Below, piece by piece: positions 16,675-26,493 of a DNA stretch of 33,955 nucleotides. The position numbers and the translations under genes were made by a program. The number at the start of each line of letters is the position of its first letter. The first letter of the stretch is position 1. The DNA comes from Archangiaceae bacterium (GTDB lineage Bacteria; Myxococcota; Myxococcia; Myxococcales; Myxococcaceae), in contig JAYVCD010000029.1 in NCBI GenBank assembly GCA_043750125.1, positions 1 to 33,955 of the forward strand, given 5' to 3'. The notes beneath the pieces were generated by a model. It did not search any database, was not told the origin of the DNA, and saw only the letters and a program-made list of their open reading frames with translations.

Positions 16675-17565
16675 ATGACCGTTCGCGCTCTGGCTTTCTG
16701 GCTGTTGGTGGCCTTGAGCGGCTGCGGTCCCAAGTCGCTCGCGGCGAAGATGAGGGACGCGGACAAGTACTCGGACAAAATCGGTGGGCTGCTCGAGCAG
16801 GCAGAGAAGGCGCTCAACGAGGCCGAGCCGAAGAAGGCCGAGGAAGCCCTGGCCGAGGCCAACAAGCTGCTCGCCGAGCCGGACATGCAGTTCTCACCCG
16901 AGCGCGACATGTACCTCAGCCGGTACGGCGAGCTCGAGCCCCGGCTCACCGAAGCGCGCGAGGCCCGCCAGCAAAAGGACATCGAAGAGGCGGTGCGCAA
17001 CGAGCGGGCAGAGATCGGCCCCACCCTTCAGGCGATGAAGGACGCGGCAGAGACGATCGGCGGCGCGAAGATCGACGAGAAGTCGATCGAGGCGGCGCTC
17101 GACTCGGTGAGCGCGCTCGAAAAAGCGGTGGGTTCCAGCAACGAACGGCGGCTGCTGGCGCTGAAGGACCCGTCGTTCCTGGCGTACTTGAAGCGCGCCA
17201 AGGCCGAGAGCCAGAAGGCGCGCACCGAGGTCACCCGCGCCGAGAAGAAGCTCAAATTTCTCAAAGGCCCGGTGGTGCTCAAGCAGAAGGCCGCCGATGA
17301 GCTGAAGCAGTCGAAGACCGAGAAGGACGCAGAGAAAAAGCGGGACCTGATCGCCTCGGCGGCTTCCGGCTATGGGCGCTGCGTCAGCACCGGTTCCGAG
17401 TTCACCAAAAGCGGCTTCGCGACCGAGAAGATCGTCATCGGCGCTTCGACCACCACCATCGAGTCATTCCTCGAGACGTGCAAAGCCTCGCAGCAGTCGA
17501 CCGAGCAGGCGCTGGCGAAGCTTCCCAAGACGAAAACGAAAACGGCCACCCGAAAAAAGAAGTGA
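16675..17565 (+). CDS. Hypothetical helical lipoprotein
   Basis: MTVRALAFWLLVALSGC lipobox, E/K/A-rich, GC-rich third codon positions. Confidence 0.75.
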   Translation: MTVRALAFWLLVALSGCGPKSLAAKMRDADKYSDKIGGLLEQAEKALNEAEPKKAEEALAEANKLLAEPDMQFSPERDMYLSRYGELEPRLTEAREARQQKDIEEAVRNERAEIGPTLQAMKDAAETIGGAKIDEKSIEAALDSVSALEKAVGSSNERRLLALKDPSFLAYLKRAKAESQKARTEVTRAEKKLKFLKGPVVLKQKAADELKQSKTEKDAEKKRDLIASAASGYGRCVSTGSEFTKSGFATEKIVIGASTTTIESFLETCKASQQSTEQALAKLPKTKTKTATRKKK

Positions 17566-17569
17566 GCGC

Positions 17570-17872
17570 TCAGGTCCCCGCGTCGAGAACACCGTTCGGA
17601 TCTCGCGCCAGCCCGCAGCGAATCTTGCCTTCCGCGGTCGAGATCAGGTGGCAGTCGCACTGAGTGGGGCCGGGCTGGAGTCGCTCTTTGCAAATGACCT
17701 CTTGCGCCAGGGTCGAGGGATTTGCACCTTCGGCGTTCGCCGCCCGACTCTTGCAGGCGCTGAGCTCATTGCTGTTGAGCGAGCACTCACACAACTTCTC
17801 AGAGAGCTGACGGCACTGGCTCGAACACCCGAGGAGGCCCAAGCAAACGACGAGCAGGAGGTAGAGGCGCAT
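17570..17872 (-). CDS. Small Cys-rich lipoprotein
   Basis: MRLYLLLVVCLGLLGC lipobox, eight further Cys and a DAG tail. Confidence 0.75.
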   Translation of the reverse strand: MRLYLLLVVCLGLLGCSSQCRQLSEKLCECSLNSNELSACKSRAANAEGANPSTLAQEVICKERLQPGPTQCDCHLISTAEGKIRCGLARDPNGVLDAGT

Positions 17873-17893
17873 GAGCGGCGCTTCTTGCCATGT

Positions 17894-19012
17894 TCATCGG
17901 GTGCTGCCCAGCGCCGCATTGATCGTCTGGGTCAGATACTGCGCCGCGAGGCCCACGGTTCGCTCAGCGCTCTGCGGGGTCCGGGTGAGTGAAGGGGCGA
18001 CTTCCATGATGTCGCCTCCCAACAGACCGACCTCTGTGCCCAGTCGCGCAATCAGCGCCGAGACCCAGTCGGGCGTCAGGCCCTCGGGTTCGGGAGTCCC
18101 GGTGGCATCGGCCCAGCGGCTGTCGGTGCCATCGATGTCGTTGCTGAAATAAACGCCGCTGACCCCGGTGGACTTCACGTGGGCAATCACCGCATCGAGA
18201 GCCGCGGCGGGATCCGCGAGGATGTCTTTGGCCCAGAACTGGCGCACGCCACAGGTCGATTCCCAGTGGGCTTGATCTCTTCCCGAGGCGCGGACCCCGA
18301 CCTGGGTCAGGCGGCCCTGGCGGCCGAGCGCCTCGTTGGCGTGCCAGCTCCAGGTGGCGAAGCAGTATTTGACCCCCAGCCGTTCGGGCAACAGGTCGGT
18401 GTGCGCGTCAGGCTGGACGATGCCCCACGGCTTTTTCTGCACCTTCGCCAGCGCGAGCGTCACCGGCAAAGCGGTCGAGTGATCGCCCCCAATCACGAAC
18501 GGTTTCGCGTGCGGGTTGAGTTGAAAAATCAGGTCCCAGGCGCGCTCGGCAATCGAAAGTGGCGAGACGGGCAGGCGCCCAGCGGTCTGCGCATCGAGCT
18601 TCGGGTACAGCGCCTTGCGCGAGGCTTCGAGCTGCGAGTCGCTGAGCATCTGGTCGTGCAGCAGCTGCGGCACCACGAAGACATCGCCCAGGTCCACCAG
18701 ACCCAGCGCGTCCATCTGGTGGGACCACTGGGGGTGATTTTCCAGCAGGCGGGTGCGAATCGCCTGGGGCCCCAGGTTGGCGCCCCGACCGAAACCGGCT
18801 CCTACGTCGCTGGGCACGCCGAGCATCACGCCCTTCGCGCTGACAATCTTCTCGAGAGCGGCGAGAAACTTTTCTTCCACCTGGGCTTCGCTCTTCACTC
18901 CGTACAGCTTCTGTTGCAGCGCCAGTTGCGCGGCCTTCCCCGTCGACACCAGGTACAGCCCCCCGCCGGCGGGCCGAAGCAGTGCGGCAAGCTCTTGCAG
19001 CGGGGTCATCAT
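17894..19012 (-). CDS. Arginase/agmatinase-family ureohydrolase
   Basis: GANLGPQAIR, GGDHS, DAHTD and SNDIDGTD...ATGTPEPEG metal-binding motifs. Confidence 0.9.
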   Translation of the reverse strand: MMTPLQELAALLRPAGGGLYLVSTGKAAQLALQQKLYGVKSEAQVEEKFLAALEKIVSAKGVMLGVPSDVGAGFGRGANLGPQAIRTRLLENHPQWSHQMDALGLVDLGDVFVVPQLLHDQMLSDSQLEASRKALYPKLDAQTAGRLPVSPLSIAERAWDLIFQLNPHAKPFVIGGDHSTALPVTLALAKVQKKPWGIVQPDAHTDLLPERLGVKYCFATWSWHANEALGRQGRLTQVGVRASGRDQAHWESTCGVRQFWAKDILADPAAALDAVIAHVKSTGVSGVYFSNDIDGTDSRWADATGTPEPEGLTPDWVSALIARLGTEVGLLGGDIMEVAPSLTRTPQSAERTVGLAAQYLTQTINAALGSTR

Positions 19013-19036
19013 GGCAAGGCGTATAACGCGACCCGT

Positions 19037-19933
19037 TTGAACAGTCCCCCCTTACGCAAGCGGGTCAAGCGCGCGGTGCGCTACGCGTTGCTGCGCGTGG
19101 GCGTGGCTGTGCTGGGGGCGCTTCCCCTGGCGTGGGCCTCGGCGCTGGGAAGACTCTTGGGTTCCCTCGCGTATGCGCTGGCGGGCGGCGAGCGGACAAA
19201 AGCACTCGAGTCGCTGCAGCGCGCGTATCCGGAAAAATCAGCGCCCGAACGCGCCGCGCTCGCCCGAGACTGTTTTCGACACCTCGGCCGGTGCGTGTTC
19301 GAGCTCGTCTGCATCGAGCAACTCGATCGAGAGGTCGACGCCTGGGTGCGCTGGAGCCCGAACGATCGCGCGGTGCTCGACGGGGCGCTGGCCCGCAGAA
19401 AAGGAGTCGTCTTCGTCAGCGGCCACCTCGGCAGCTGGGAATTGCTCGCGCGGCGGGTTTCCCTCGCTGGCTACCCCTGTCAGACGATTGCGAAAGAGAC
19501 GACCGACGCCCGAACCACGGCGCTGATTGAAAAGTTTCGCGCGTCTTCCAACCTCAGGTCGATCTGGCGGGGAAGATCCGGCGCGGCGAAAGCGATGCTG
19601 CGGGCGCTCAAAGAAGGACAGATCCTCGGGCTGTTGATCGACCAGGATACCGACGTGCAGTCGGTCTGGGTCCCATTCTTCGGGCACCTGGCAAAGACCC
19701 CCCGCGCGGCCGCCGATCTCGCGCTGCGCACCGGGGCCGCGGTGGTGATGGGCTTTTGCCGCCGTGAAGCCGATGGGCGCTACCAGCTGTCGATGCGTGA
19801 GCTTCCGACCCAGGGCCTCGAGGCCGAGGCGTTGACAGCCCGAATGACTGCCGAGATCGAGGCGGCGGTGCGCGCGGCACCCGAGCAATGGGTGTGGATG
19901 CACCGACGGTGGAAGTCACCCCCACCGGTCTGA
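19037..19933 (+). CDS. Lipid A late acyltransferase (LpxL/HtrB family)
   Basis: [21 protein letters not shown] and [12 protein letters not shown]. Probable TTG start at 19037; the ORF extension to 18179 is antisense to the arginase gene. Confidence 0.88.
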   Translation: MNSPPLRKRVKRAVRYALLRVGVAVLGALPLAWASALGRLLGSLAYALAGGERTKALESLQRAYPEKSAPERAALARDCFRHLGRCVFELVCIEQLDREVDAWVRWSPNDRAVLDGALARRKGVVFVSGHLGSWELLARRVSLAGYPCQTIAKETTDARTTALIEKFRASSNLRSIWRGRSGAAKAMLRALKEGQILGLLIDQDTDVQSVWVPFFGHLAKTPRAAADLALRTGAAVVMGFCRREADGRYQLSMRELPTQGLEAEALTARMTAEIEAAVRAAPEQWVWMHRRWKSPPPV

Positions 19934-19958
19934 ACGTCGCGCCGCGGCGCGCTCGACC

Positions 19959-20108
19959 TCGACGCTGAAGACCGACGCGAACGTGCTCATCTTCCCGAAC
20001 CTGGACTCAGCCAACATCGCCTACAAGTTGCTGTGGCGCTTCGGCGGAGCGGAAGTCATCGGCCCGCTGCTGCTCGGAATGAACAAGCCGGTCAGCGTCC
20101 TGCAGCAA
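19959..20108 (+). pseudogene. Relic of the phosphotransacetylase-like C-terminal domain of MaeB (or Pta)
   Basis: Translates as [50 protein letters not shown]. It is not in the ORF track and is missing both the N- and C-terminal parts of the gene. Confidence 0.8.
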
Positions 20109-20230
20109 ATCATCGTGTCCCGGGTCTTCATCTTCTGACCCATCATCATCGAGTCGCCCGACCAGGTCATCGCCTCGCCCGAGAGCTTGTGTATCCGTGC
20201 AACCGATGCGCGCAAACCCGGGGAAGGCCG

Positions 20231-20974
20231 CTATCTGCGCGGAGCGACGCGAAGCCGTTCGACGATGGCTTCTGATTCGTGCAGGCAGGCAGCCACGCGC
20301 GCGTGACATTCTTCGGTCAGCTCGTCCCGATCGTCCAGGGTGAGGCCGGTGGTCAACAAGGGCAATCCAATCACCAACGCGGCGGGCCGGGCCTGAATCG
20401 CGATCCTCCCGCTGGGGAGAATCTCGTGGGTCCCGGCGAGCGCCGCGGGAACGAGCGGAACTCCGGCCTCGAGAGCAAGGACCGCTGCTCCCTTCTTGAA
20501 TGGAGCGAGCTTCCCGTCCTTCGACCGGGTGCCTTCGGCGAAAAAAACAATGCTCACCCGTTCCTGAACCGCGCGCACCGACGCTTTGAGCTTCGTCTTG
20601 TCGGACGCGCTGCCGGTGCGATCGACGAAGACATTGCCTGCGCGCGCGAGGGCGTAGCCGAACACCGGAATCTTCCGAAGTTGTTGCTTGGCGATGAACC
20701 GCATGTGCCGGCGAATGTGCGCGAAGAGAACCAGCGCGTCGAAGTGCGACTGGTGATTGACCGCAAGAACGAAGTTTCCGGAAGGAAGGTTTTCGAGGCC
20801 GCTGGCTTCATGGCGCACTCCCGAAGCGGCCAGAATGCTGCGCGCCCAGAGGTTGAGCACCGGGTCCATCGCCTCTTCGCCCACCAACGAGAGCGCGGTG
20901 ACGACGGGCGACAGCGTTCCAGTGATCCCCACCGCGGCCGAGCCGGCGAACAGCGTACGCAGCAATTGCTTCAC
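20231..20974 (-). CDS. plsC: 1-acyl-sn-glycerol-3-phosphate acyltransferase
   Basis: NHQSHFD, FIAK, VFVDR, FAEGTRS and FKKGA. GTG 20974 overlaps the epmA stop. Confidence 0.9.
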   Translation of the reverse strand: MKQLLRTLFAGSAAVGITGTLSPVVTALSLVGEEAMDPVLNLWARSILAASGVRHEASGLENLPSGNFVLAVNHQSHFDALVLFAHIRRHMRFIAKQQLRKIPVFGYALARAGNVFVDRTGSASDKTKLKASVRAVQERVSIVFFAEGTRSKDGKLAPFKKGAAVLALEAGVPLVPAALAGTHEILPSGRIAIQARPAALVIGLPLLTTGLTLDDRDELTEECHARVAACLHESEAIVERLRVAPRR

Positions 20975-21963
20975 AGGAATTCTCCGGCCGGGAAAAGAAG
21001 CACATCTGACAATTGCTCGGCTTGCAGCAGCAGCATTAACACCCGGTCGAGGCCGACGGCGATTCCACCGCTCGCCGGCATTCGCCCCACCGCCTCGAGG
21101 AAGCGCTCGTCGAGCTCGAACACCGGCCGCCCCTGCGTGCGTCGCAGCGCCTGTTCCCCAGTGAGACGCGCGCGTTGCTCGGCTGCGTCGGTGAGCTCCG
21201 AGAAGCCGTTGCCCAACTCGAGCCCGCGGGCGTAGAGCTCGACCCGTTCGGCGACCCTCGCATCGTCCGGCTTGAGCCGCGCCAGCGACGCCATCGCGGC
21301 CGGGTACTCGAATAGAAACGTCGGCCGCTCTTGACCGAGCTTCGGCTCGACCCGTTGCAGAAAAAGATGAAAGAAGACGTCGTCCCAACCCTCTGCGCCG
21401 CCGACCCGAACGCCCGCTGCGGTGGCCGCCGCGGCCAGCCCGTCAGCCGTCGGGTGCGCGCGCCAGTCGATTCCGGTTTCGCGCTCGAGCGCTTCGCGCA
21501 CGCTGACCCGTTCCCAGGGAGTCTTTGCAAAGTGCATTGCGGAGCCCGTCACCGCCCGTTCGACGTGCGCGAGCGCGGCTTCGAGGTCATTCATGATCGC
21601 GTGGTAGTCGGCGTGCGGCCGGTAGAACTCGAGCAGCGAGAACTCGGGGTTGTGGTGAGTCGAGACCTCGCCGTTGCGGAACACCTTGCACAGCTGGAAC
21701 AGGGGCGGACACGCAGGGTCGGCCAGCAGCCGCTTCATCGCGTATTCGGGGCTGGTGTGGAGGTAGAGCGGGCGCCGGGTGCCCACGTCGGTCTGCGGAA
21801 TGAACTGCAGCTCGAAGGGGTCGATGTGCGGCTCGAGCCCCGGAGTGGGCACCAGCAGCGGCGTCTCGACCTCCAGGTAGCCCTGGCCTTCGAAAAATTC
21901 CCTCAGCGCCGCATTCATCTTCGAGCGGGCTCGGGCCGCCGCCCACTGCTTCTGAGTTGGCAT
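20971..21963 (-). CDS. epmA: EF-P beta-lysylation protein (LysRS-like, GenX/PoxA)
   Basis: YLEVETP, LHTSPEYAMKRLLA, FRNGE...HNPEF, ELGNGFSELTD and GIAVGLDR, with no anticodon-binding domain. Confidence 0.93.
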   Translation of the reverse strand: MPTQKQWAAARARSKMNAALREFFEGQGYLEVETPLLVPTPGLEPHIDPFELQFIPQTDVGTRRPLYLHTSPEYAMKRLLADPACPPLFQLCKVFRNGEVSTHHNPEFSLLEFYRPHADYHAIMNDLEAALAHVERAVTGSAMHFAKTPWERVSVREALERETGIDWRAHPTADGLAAAATAAGVRVGGAEGWDDVFFHLFLQRVEPKLGQERPTFLFEYPAAMASLARLKPDDARVAERVELYARGLELGNGFSELTDAAEQRARLTGEQALRRTQGRPVFELDERFLEAVGRMPASGGIAVGLDRVLMLLLQAEQLSDVLLFPAGEFL

Positions 21964-21993
21964 CGCAGCGACTGACGTTACATTCGCCCCCCG

Positions 21994-23577
21994 ATGAGCC
22001 CAAGGACGACCGCCATTGCATTGTTGATCGTCCTTTCGGGGTGTCCGAAATCGGTCCCTCCGAGCGCGGGCGGTTCGGCGTTGTCTGCCGCCGACTCACA
22101 GCTGACCCGGGAAGTGGCTGCGTTGGGGATTGAGGCGCTCGCACTGGTCCGAGAGCAGGACGAGCAGCTGTGGGCCCATTGGACCCAGGGGGCCCGGCTG
22201 GATCTCGACAAGCCGGCGCTCAGTCACTCAGTGCTCTTCGATGAACCCACGCTCGGAAAGATCCGCATCGCGCGGAGCAAGGGTCTGGGCGATTCGGTGG
22301 GGTTGCTGCGGCTCGAGAGCTGGTTGGTGGGCGAGCGACTGGCCCGCGCGACGGCCGAAGCCAATGCCAGCCTCGCCGGCCTGGAAGCAGCGGCAACCTT
22401 CAATCTCGACGGCAAGCCGATTGCCTGGCGCGACCTGACACGCCTGCTGGCGCACGAAAAGAGTGCGCTGAAGCGACGCGCGCTCTGGGCCGCTTCGCGC
22501 GAGGTGGTGCCGGCGTTGGCTGCGGCCACCCAACAGCGAGACCAGGCGGTGGAGCTCGCGCTTCGGGCGTTGGGCACCACGGCCGCCGCGTACGCCGGGA
22601 TCTCCTCAGACGAGAGCGCGGCCCTGGGGAAGAAGTTCCTCGATGACACCGAGGTGCAGTGGAAGCAGACGCTCGAGTTGCTGTCGAAAACCGAGCTTGG
22701 GTTGCCGGCCGACAAGCTGACCCGCGCAGGGCTGCCTCGGCTGTTGCGACCCTCGACCGCGGCCGACGCGAGCTTCTTGAAGGCAGATCAGGCGGCGAAG
22801 GCCACCGCGCTGCTTGGTGCGCTGGGCCTCTACGGCCTATCGGGGTTGACGCTGGATCTGGCCGATTCGGCGAAGAAAAACCCGCTTCCGCTGACGGTGG
22901 CTCCGACCGGGGCCGAGGATGTCCGAGTCAGCTTTCGACCTGCCGGAGGAGCGCGGGATGCGAGCGCGCTGCTCGCCGAGCTGGGACGGGCGCTCGCCAT
23001 TCACGAAACGGTCGAGCCGCCCCAGGCCCTCGCACGCCTTACGGGCCCGCGGATGCCCGACGCTTCGGCTCGGCTGTTCAGCGACCTCGCGTCGAATCTG
23101 GGCTGGCTCAAGTCTCAAGGGGCCTCGAACGACGCCGCGGCGAGCACCATCCTTTCGGCGCAAGCGCTCAGGCTTTTCACCTTGCGGCGCGCCGCGGGGA
23201 ACCTCGTCGCCCAGCACGAAGCACGGGGAATGAGCGATGAGGCGGCTGCGCAGAGCTGGCAGACGTGGTCAGTGCGTGCGTTGTCCGTCGAGGCATCGCC
23301 GGAGGACGCGACGCGCTGGCCGCTCGAGCGAGATCCTCTTTTCCGGGGAGTCGAGCTGCTGCGGGCAATGCTGGGGGCCCAGCAACTTCGGCAAAAGCTC
23401 AGCGAGCAGTGGTGGGCGACTTCCGCCAGCACGGTGATCCTGCGCGCCGCGTGGAATGAACCCGAGAAAAAGGCTCCCACGAATTCGGGGCGGGCCTTTC
23501 CTTCGGACGCGGGGCGGACATTGACCCCGGACGCGGGGCGATCTCTGACACGACCTTCACCCGACGCCGGCGGCTGA
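21994..23577 (+). CDS. Lipoprotein, M3/M32 peptidase-like fold with degenerate HExxH
   Basis: IALLIVLSGC lipobox and KKNPLPLTV...DVRVSFRPAGG...LLAELGRALAIH. PDAG repeats at the C-terminus. Confidence 0.65.
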   Translation: MSPRTTAIALLIVLSGCPKSVPPSAGGSALSAADSQLTREVAALGIEALALVREQDEQLWAHWTQGARLDLDKPALSHSVLFDEPTLGKIRIARSKGLGDSVGLLRLESWLVGERLARATAEANASLAGLEAAATFNLDGKPIAWRDLTRLLAHEKSALKRRALWAASREVVPALAAATQQRDQAVELALRALGTTAAAYAGISSDESAALGKKFLDDTEVQWKQTLELLSKTELGLPADKLTRAGLPRLLRPSTAADASFLKADQAAKATALLGALGLYGLSGLTLDLADSAKKNPLPLTVAPTGAEDVRVSFRPAGGARDASALLAELGRALAIHETVEPPQALARLTGPRMPDASARLFSDLASNLGWLKSQGASNDAAASTILSAQALRLFTLRRAAGNLVAQHEARGMSDEAAAQSWQTWSVRALSVEASPEDATRWPLERDPLFRGVELLRAMLGAQQLRQKLSEQWWATSASTVILRAAWNEPEKKAPTNSGRAFPSDAGRTLTPDAGRSLTRPSPDAGG

Positions 23578-23606
23578 GCGGCGGCGTCGCGCGAAGAAAC
23601 GAGCGC

Positions 23607-24659
23607 CTACAGGAGCTTCATCAACTCGGCTTTCTTCGCATTGAACTCATCGTCATTGAGCAGACCAGCGTTCTTCAGCTCGGTCAGTTGCTTCAAGCGA
23701 TCCATCACCGACGGACCTGCGGCGGGAGCACCCGGAGCCGCCAGCGGAGGCTGTTGTCCCCCACCACCGGACGCGTTGCCCTGCTGGTTCATGAAGTTCT
23801 GAGCCATGCCAAAGCCCATCCCCATGCCCATTCCGCCTAGAGCGTTGCCCGAACCTTCGCCGCCCTTGGCCATCCCTTCAGCCGCGCCGAGCATCGCCTG
23901 CCCCTGCGCGTACTGATTGAAGCCACCCGCGAGCCGCGAGTAGGCCACGTCCTTCGACAACTTCTTCAGCGTCGCCTCGTCTTCCGGCTTGATGCTGATC
24001 GTGAAGTTACCAAACCGAACCACGGTGACGCCGTACGGCTCGACGTGCTGCTTGGTCCCGGCAATGACTTCCTGCTCGATCTCTTCGGTGTACGCGCCCG
24101 ACGTGACGTCGAGCAGCGGCCACTTTTTCTTCACGATCAGCTCGGCAATCCGGTCGCGGGTCACCTTCAGCACCTGGTTCTTGAACCAGCCGATGAAGTC
24201 GTCGTTTTCGACCTTCCGCATCCCGACCAGCCCGATGATCAACTTCTCGGGGTCATTCACCTTCAGCGAGTAGTCGCCGTAGACCATCGTCCCGATGCCC
24301 AGCCCGGTCTCGGGGTCGCGGGTGTCACCAATCGGCCCTCCGAACTTCAGGCCTGCAAACTCACGCAGGGACACGAAGTAGACCTCGGCGATGAACAGGT
24401 TCCCGCCCGTCAACTTCTCGAGCAGCTTTGAGACGAACGGCACGTTGTTCGTGTCCAGAGTGTGCCGACCGGGACCCAACTTGCCCGCGACCACTCCGTC
24501 TTTGACGAACAGCGCCATCTCGTCCGAGGCCACCGTCAGCTGAGTCATCAGCCGAATGTTGCTCTCGGGGTACTTGTAGATGATGTGGTCCTTGGCCTCG
24601 TCCGCGCGTGCGATGAAGTTGCGCTGCGCCTCGGCCTTGATGCCGTCGAAGAATCCCAT
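23607..24659 (-). CDS. SPFH/band-7 (YdjI-like) protein with C-terminal SHOCT domain
   Basis: TQLTVASDEMALFVKDG...LGPGRHTLDTNNVPF, a GMGMGMGFGMAQ linker and DRLKQLTELKNAGLLNDDEFNAKKAELM. Confidence 0.88.
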   Translation of the reverse strand: MGFFDGIKAEAQRNFIARADEAKDHIIYKYPESNIRLMTQLTVASDEMALFVKDGVVAGKLGPGRHTLDTNNVPFVSKLLEKLTGGNLFIAEVYFVSLREFAGLKFGGPIGDTRDPETGLGIGTMVYGDYSLKVNDPEKLIIGLVGMRKVENDDFIGWFKNQVLKVTRDRIAELIVKKKWPLLDVTSGAYTEEIEQEVIAGTKQHVEPYGVTVVRFGNFTISIKPEDEATLKKLSKDVAYSRLAGGFNQYAQGQAMLGAAEGMAKGGEGSGNALGGMGMGMGFGMAQNFMNQQGNASGGGGQQPPLAAPGAPAAGPSVMDRLKQLTELKNAGLLNDDEFNAKKAELMKLL

Positions 24660-24778
24660 CGTTCCTCCAGAAGGTATTGTAACGCCGGCGGAAGTTCCCA
24701 CTTCTCACCTGCGAACGCCAACGTCATCTGGCCAGACGAACACCGGCAATCCCCATTGCATGCCCACATCGCCGCTCT

Positions 24779-25570
24779 TCACCGGCTCATCATTCTTTCC
24801 CGATCGAACAGCCGCCGCGCCGCGACCACCAGACCCAGGTCGAGCAGCAACACGAACAGACCGAGCGCCGCGTAATACCCCACGCCCCCCTTGAGCCACC
24901 CGGCGAATTGGCCACCCGCCAGCCCCACCAGGGGCAGCACGAACAGCCCGGACAGCTGCTGCGCGAGCCGGGCGTCACCCACCCGAGCCGAGATCACCAC
25001 CGAGACCCCGTTGCCGAAAAACGCAAACAGCGGAGCGATCACGAACACCCCGAACATCCACATTGCATTGGGCAACAGGGGCCCCTTCACCCCTTCCCAG
25101 GCCACGACATCGACGCTGAGGCACAGCCCGAAGAACGCCAGCACGCAGATCGCAAATGACGGCACCAGCGAGGCGAGGCTCTTGCCAATCAAAAGCTCGA
25201 GCGGCGTGACGGGCGAGGCCAGCAGCGGCTCGAGCGTGCGGCTCTCTTTTTCTCCTGCCACCGAGTGGGACGAGATCAGAATCGGAACGAACACCGGCAT
25301 GATCAAGTAGACGGCGAACCAATCGATCAGCACCTTCTGAACCAGGAACCGCGCCGCGTCTTCGGCATTGACGGTGATGTCGTAGTACTGCGCCATCACC
25401 CGCAGGTTCGGATCATCAGGGCGATGCACGTAGGCCAGAACCACCAGCGTGGGCGCTACGACCAGAATCACCGGCAGCGCCAGCATCGACCACAACAGCG
25501 CCTTGTTCTTGCGCAGGTCGAGGAAGTCTTTTTGAAACACGGCCCGGGCCCGTGGCCACGCGAAGCTCAT
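24779..25570 (-). CDS. ABC-2 type transporter permease
   Basis: AVFQKDFLDLRKN, SVAGEKESRTLEPLLASPV...LLIGK and multiple TM segments. ATG 25570 overlaps the ATPase stop. Confidence 0.9.
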   Translation of the reverse strand: MSFAWPRARAVFQKDFLDLRKNKALLWSMLALPVILVVAPTLVVLAYVHRPDDPNLRVMAQYYDITVNAEDAARFLVQKVLIDWFAVYLIMPVFVPILISSHSVAGEKESRTLEPLLASPVTPLELLIGKSLASLVPSFAICVLAFFGLCLSVDVVAWEGVKGPLLPNAMWMFGVFVIAPLFAFFGNGVSVVISARVGDARLAQQLSGLFVLPLVGLAGGQFAGWLKGGVGYYAALGLFVLLLDLGLVVAARRLFDRERMMSR

Positions 25571-26493
25571 GCCGCCTCTTCCCGCACCAGCTCGAGGTAC
25601 GCCTCTTCCAGCGGCCGCGCGGCGGTGGTCACCTGGTAGACCCGCGCTCCCGCCCGCACCAGGCACTCGACCACCGCGGGCGCCTGCTCTTCGTCGTCGA
25701 GCAACACCTTGAGCAGGCTGCCTTCGTGCATCGAGCCGGGGCTGAACGACAGACTTTTCAGGGCCGCGCCAAAACGCCCCGCGTCCCCGTCCAACCGCAG
25801 CTCGAGCGCGGTTCCCTTCCGACGCAAATCCTTGAGCGAAGCCACCGTGCGCAACCGGTTCTTGATCACCGCCACCCGCGTGCACAGCCGCTCGACTTCA
25901 CCCAGGTTGTGGCTGCAGAGCACCAGGGCTTTTCCTTCCGCAGCGAGCTCGGCGATGACGTCGCGTACGACCCGTGCCGACTCGGGGTCGAGGCCCGAGG
26001 TGGGTTCGTCCAGAAACAGGACTTTGGGGTCGTGGACCAGCGCGCGAATGATCGACAGCTTTTGCCGCATGCCCTTGCTGAAGGTCCCCACCGGCTCATC
26101 TTCCCGACCGGTGAGGCCGAAGCGCGCCAGGTACCGCTCGCACCGCGCCCACGCCTGCGTCTCGTTCAGCTCGTTGAGGCGAATGAAGAAGGTCAGATTC
26201 TCTCGCGCGGTCAACCGCTCGTAGAGGCCCGGCTGTTCGGTGAGCAAGCCGACTTTGCGCCGCAGCGCGCTGCCGTCGTCGTGAAGTGGAATCCGCTCAT
26301 CGCAGACCACCGCCTGGCCCCCACTGGGGATCAGCAGGCCGGTGAGCATGCGCACGGTGGTCGTCTTCCCCGCTCCGTTGGGGCCCAACAACCCGAAAAT
26401 TTCGCCCGGCGAAACCTCAAAGGTCAGACCCTCGACCGCAGTTCGATCATTGAACTTGCGGTAGAGGCCGGTGACGCTGATGCCGTCGCTCAA
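25567..26493 (-). CDS. ABC transporter ATP-binding protein
   Basis: GPNGAGKTT, FSKGMRQK, FLDEPTSGLDP and SH switch. Probable TTG start at 26493 overlaps the upstream stop. Confidence 0.93.
   Translation of the reverse strand: MSDGISVTGLYRKFNDRTAVEGLTFEVSPGEIFGLLGPNGAGKTTTVRMLTGLLIPSGGQAVVCDERIPLHDDGSALRRKVGLLTEQPGLYERLTARENLTFFIRLNELNETQAWARCERYLARFGLTGREDEPVGTFSKGMRQKLSIIRALVHDPKVLFLDEPTSGLDPESARVVRDVIAELAAEGKALVLCSHNLGEVERLCTRVAVIKNRLRTVASLKDLRRKGTALELRLDGDAGRFGAALKSLSFSPGSMHEGSLLKVLLDDEEQAPAVVECLVRAGARVYQVTTAARPLEEAYLELVREEAA

Noticed and set aside
23504-23540. Direct repeat CGGACGCGGGGCG as a DNA element
   Set aside because: It is explained by PDAG-type peptide repeats in a low-complexity lipoprotein tail.
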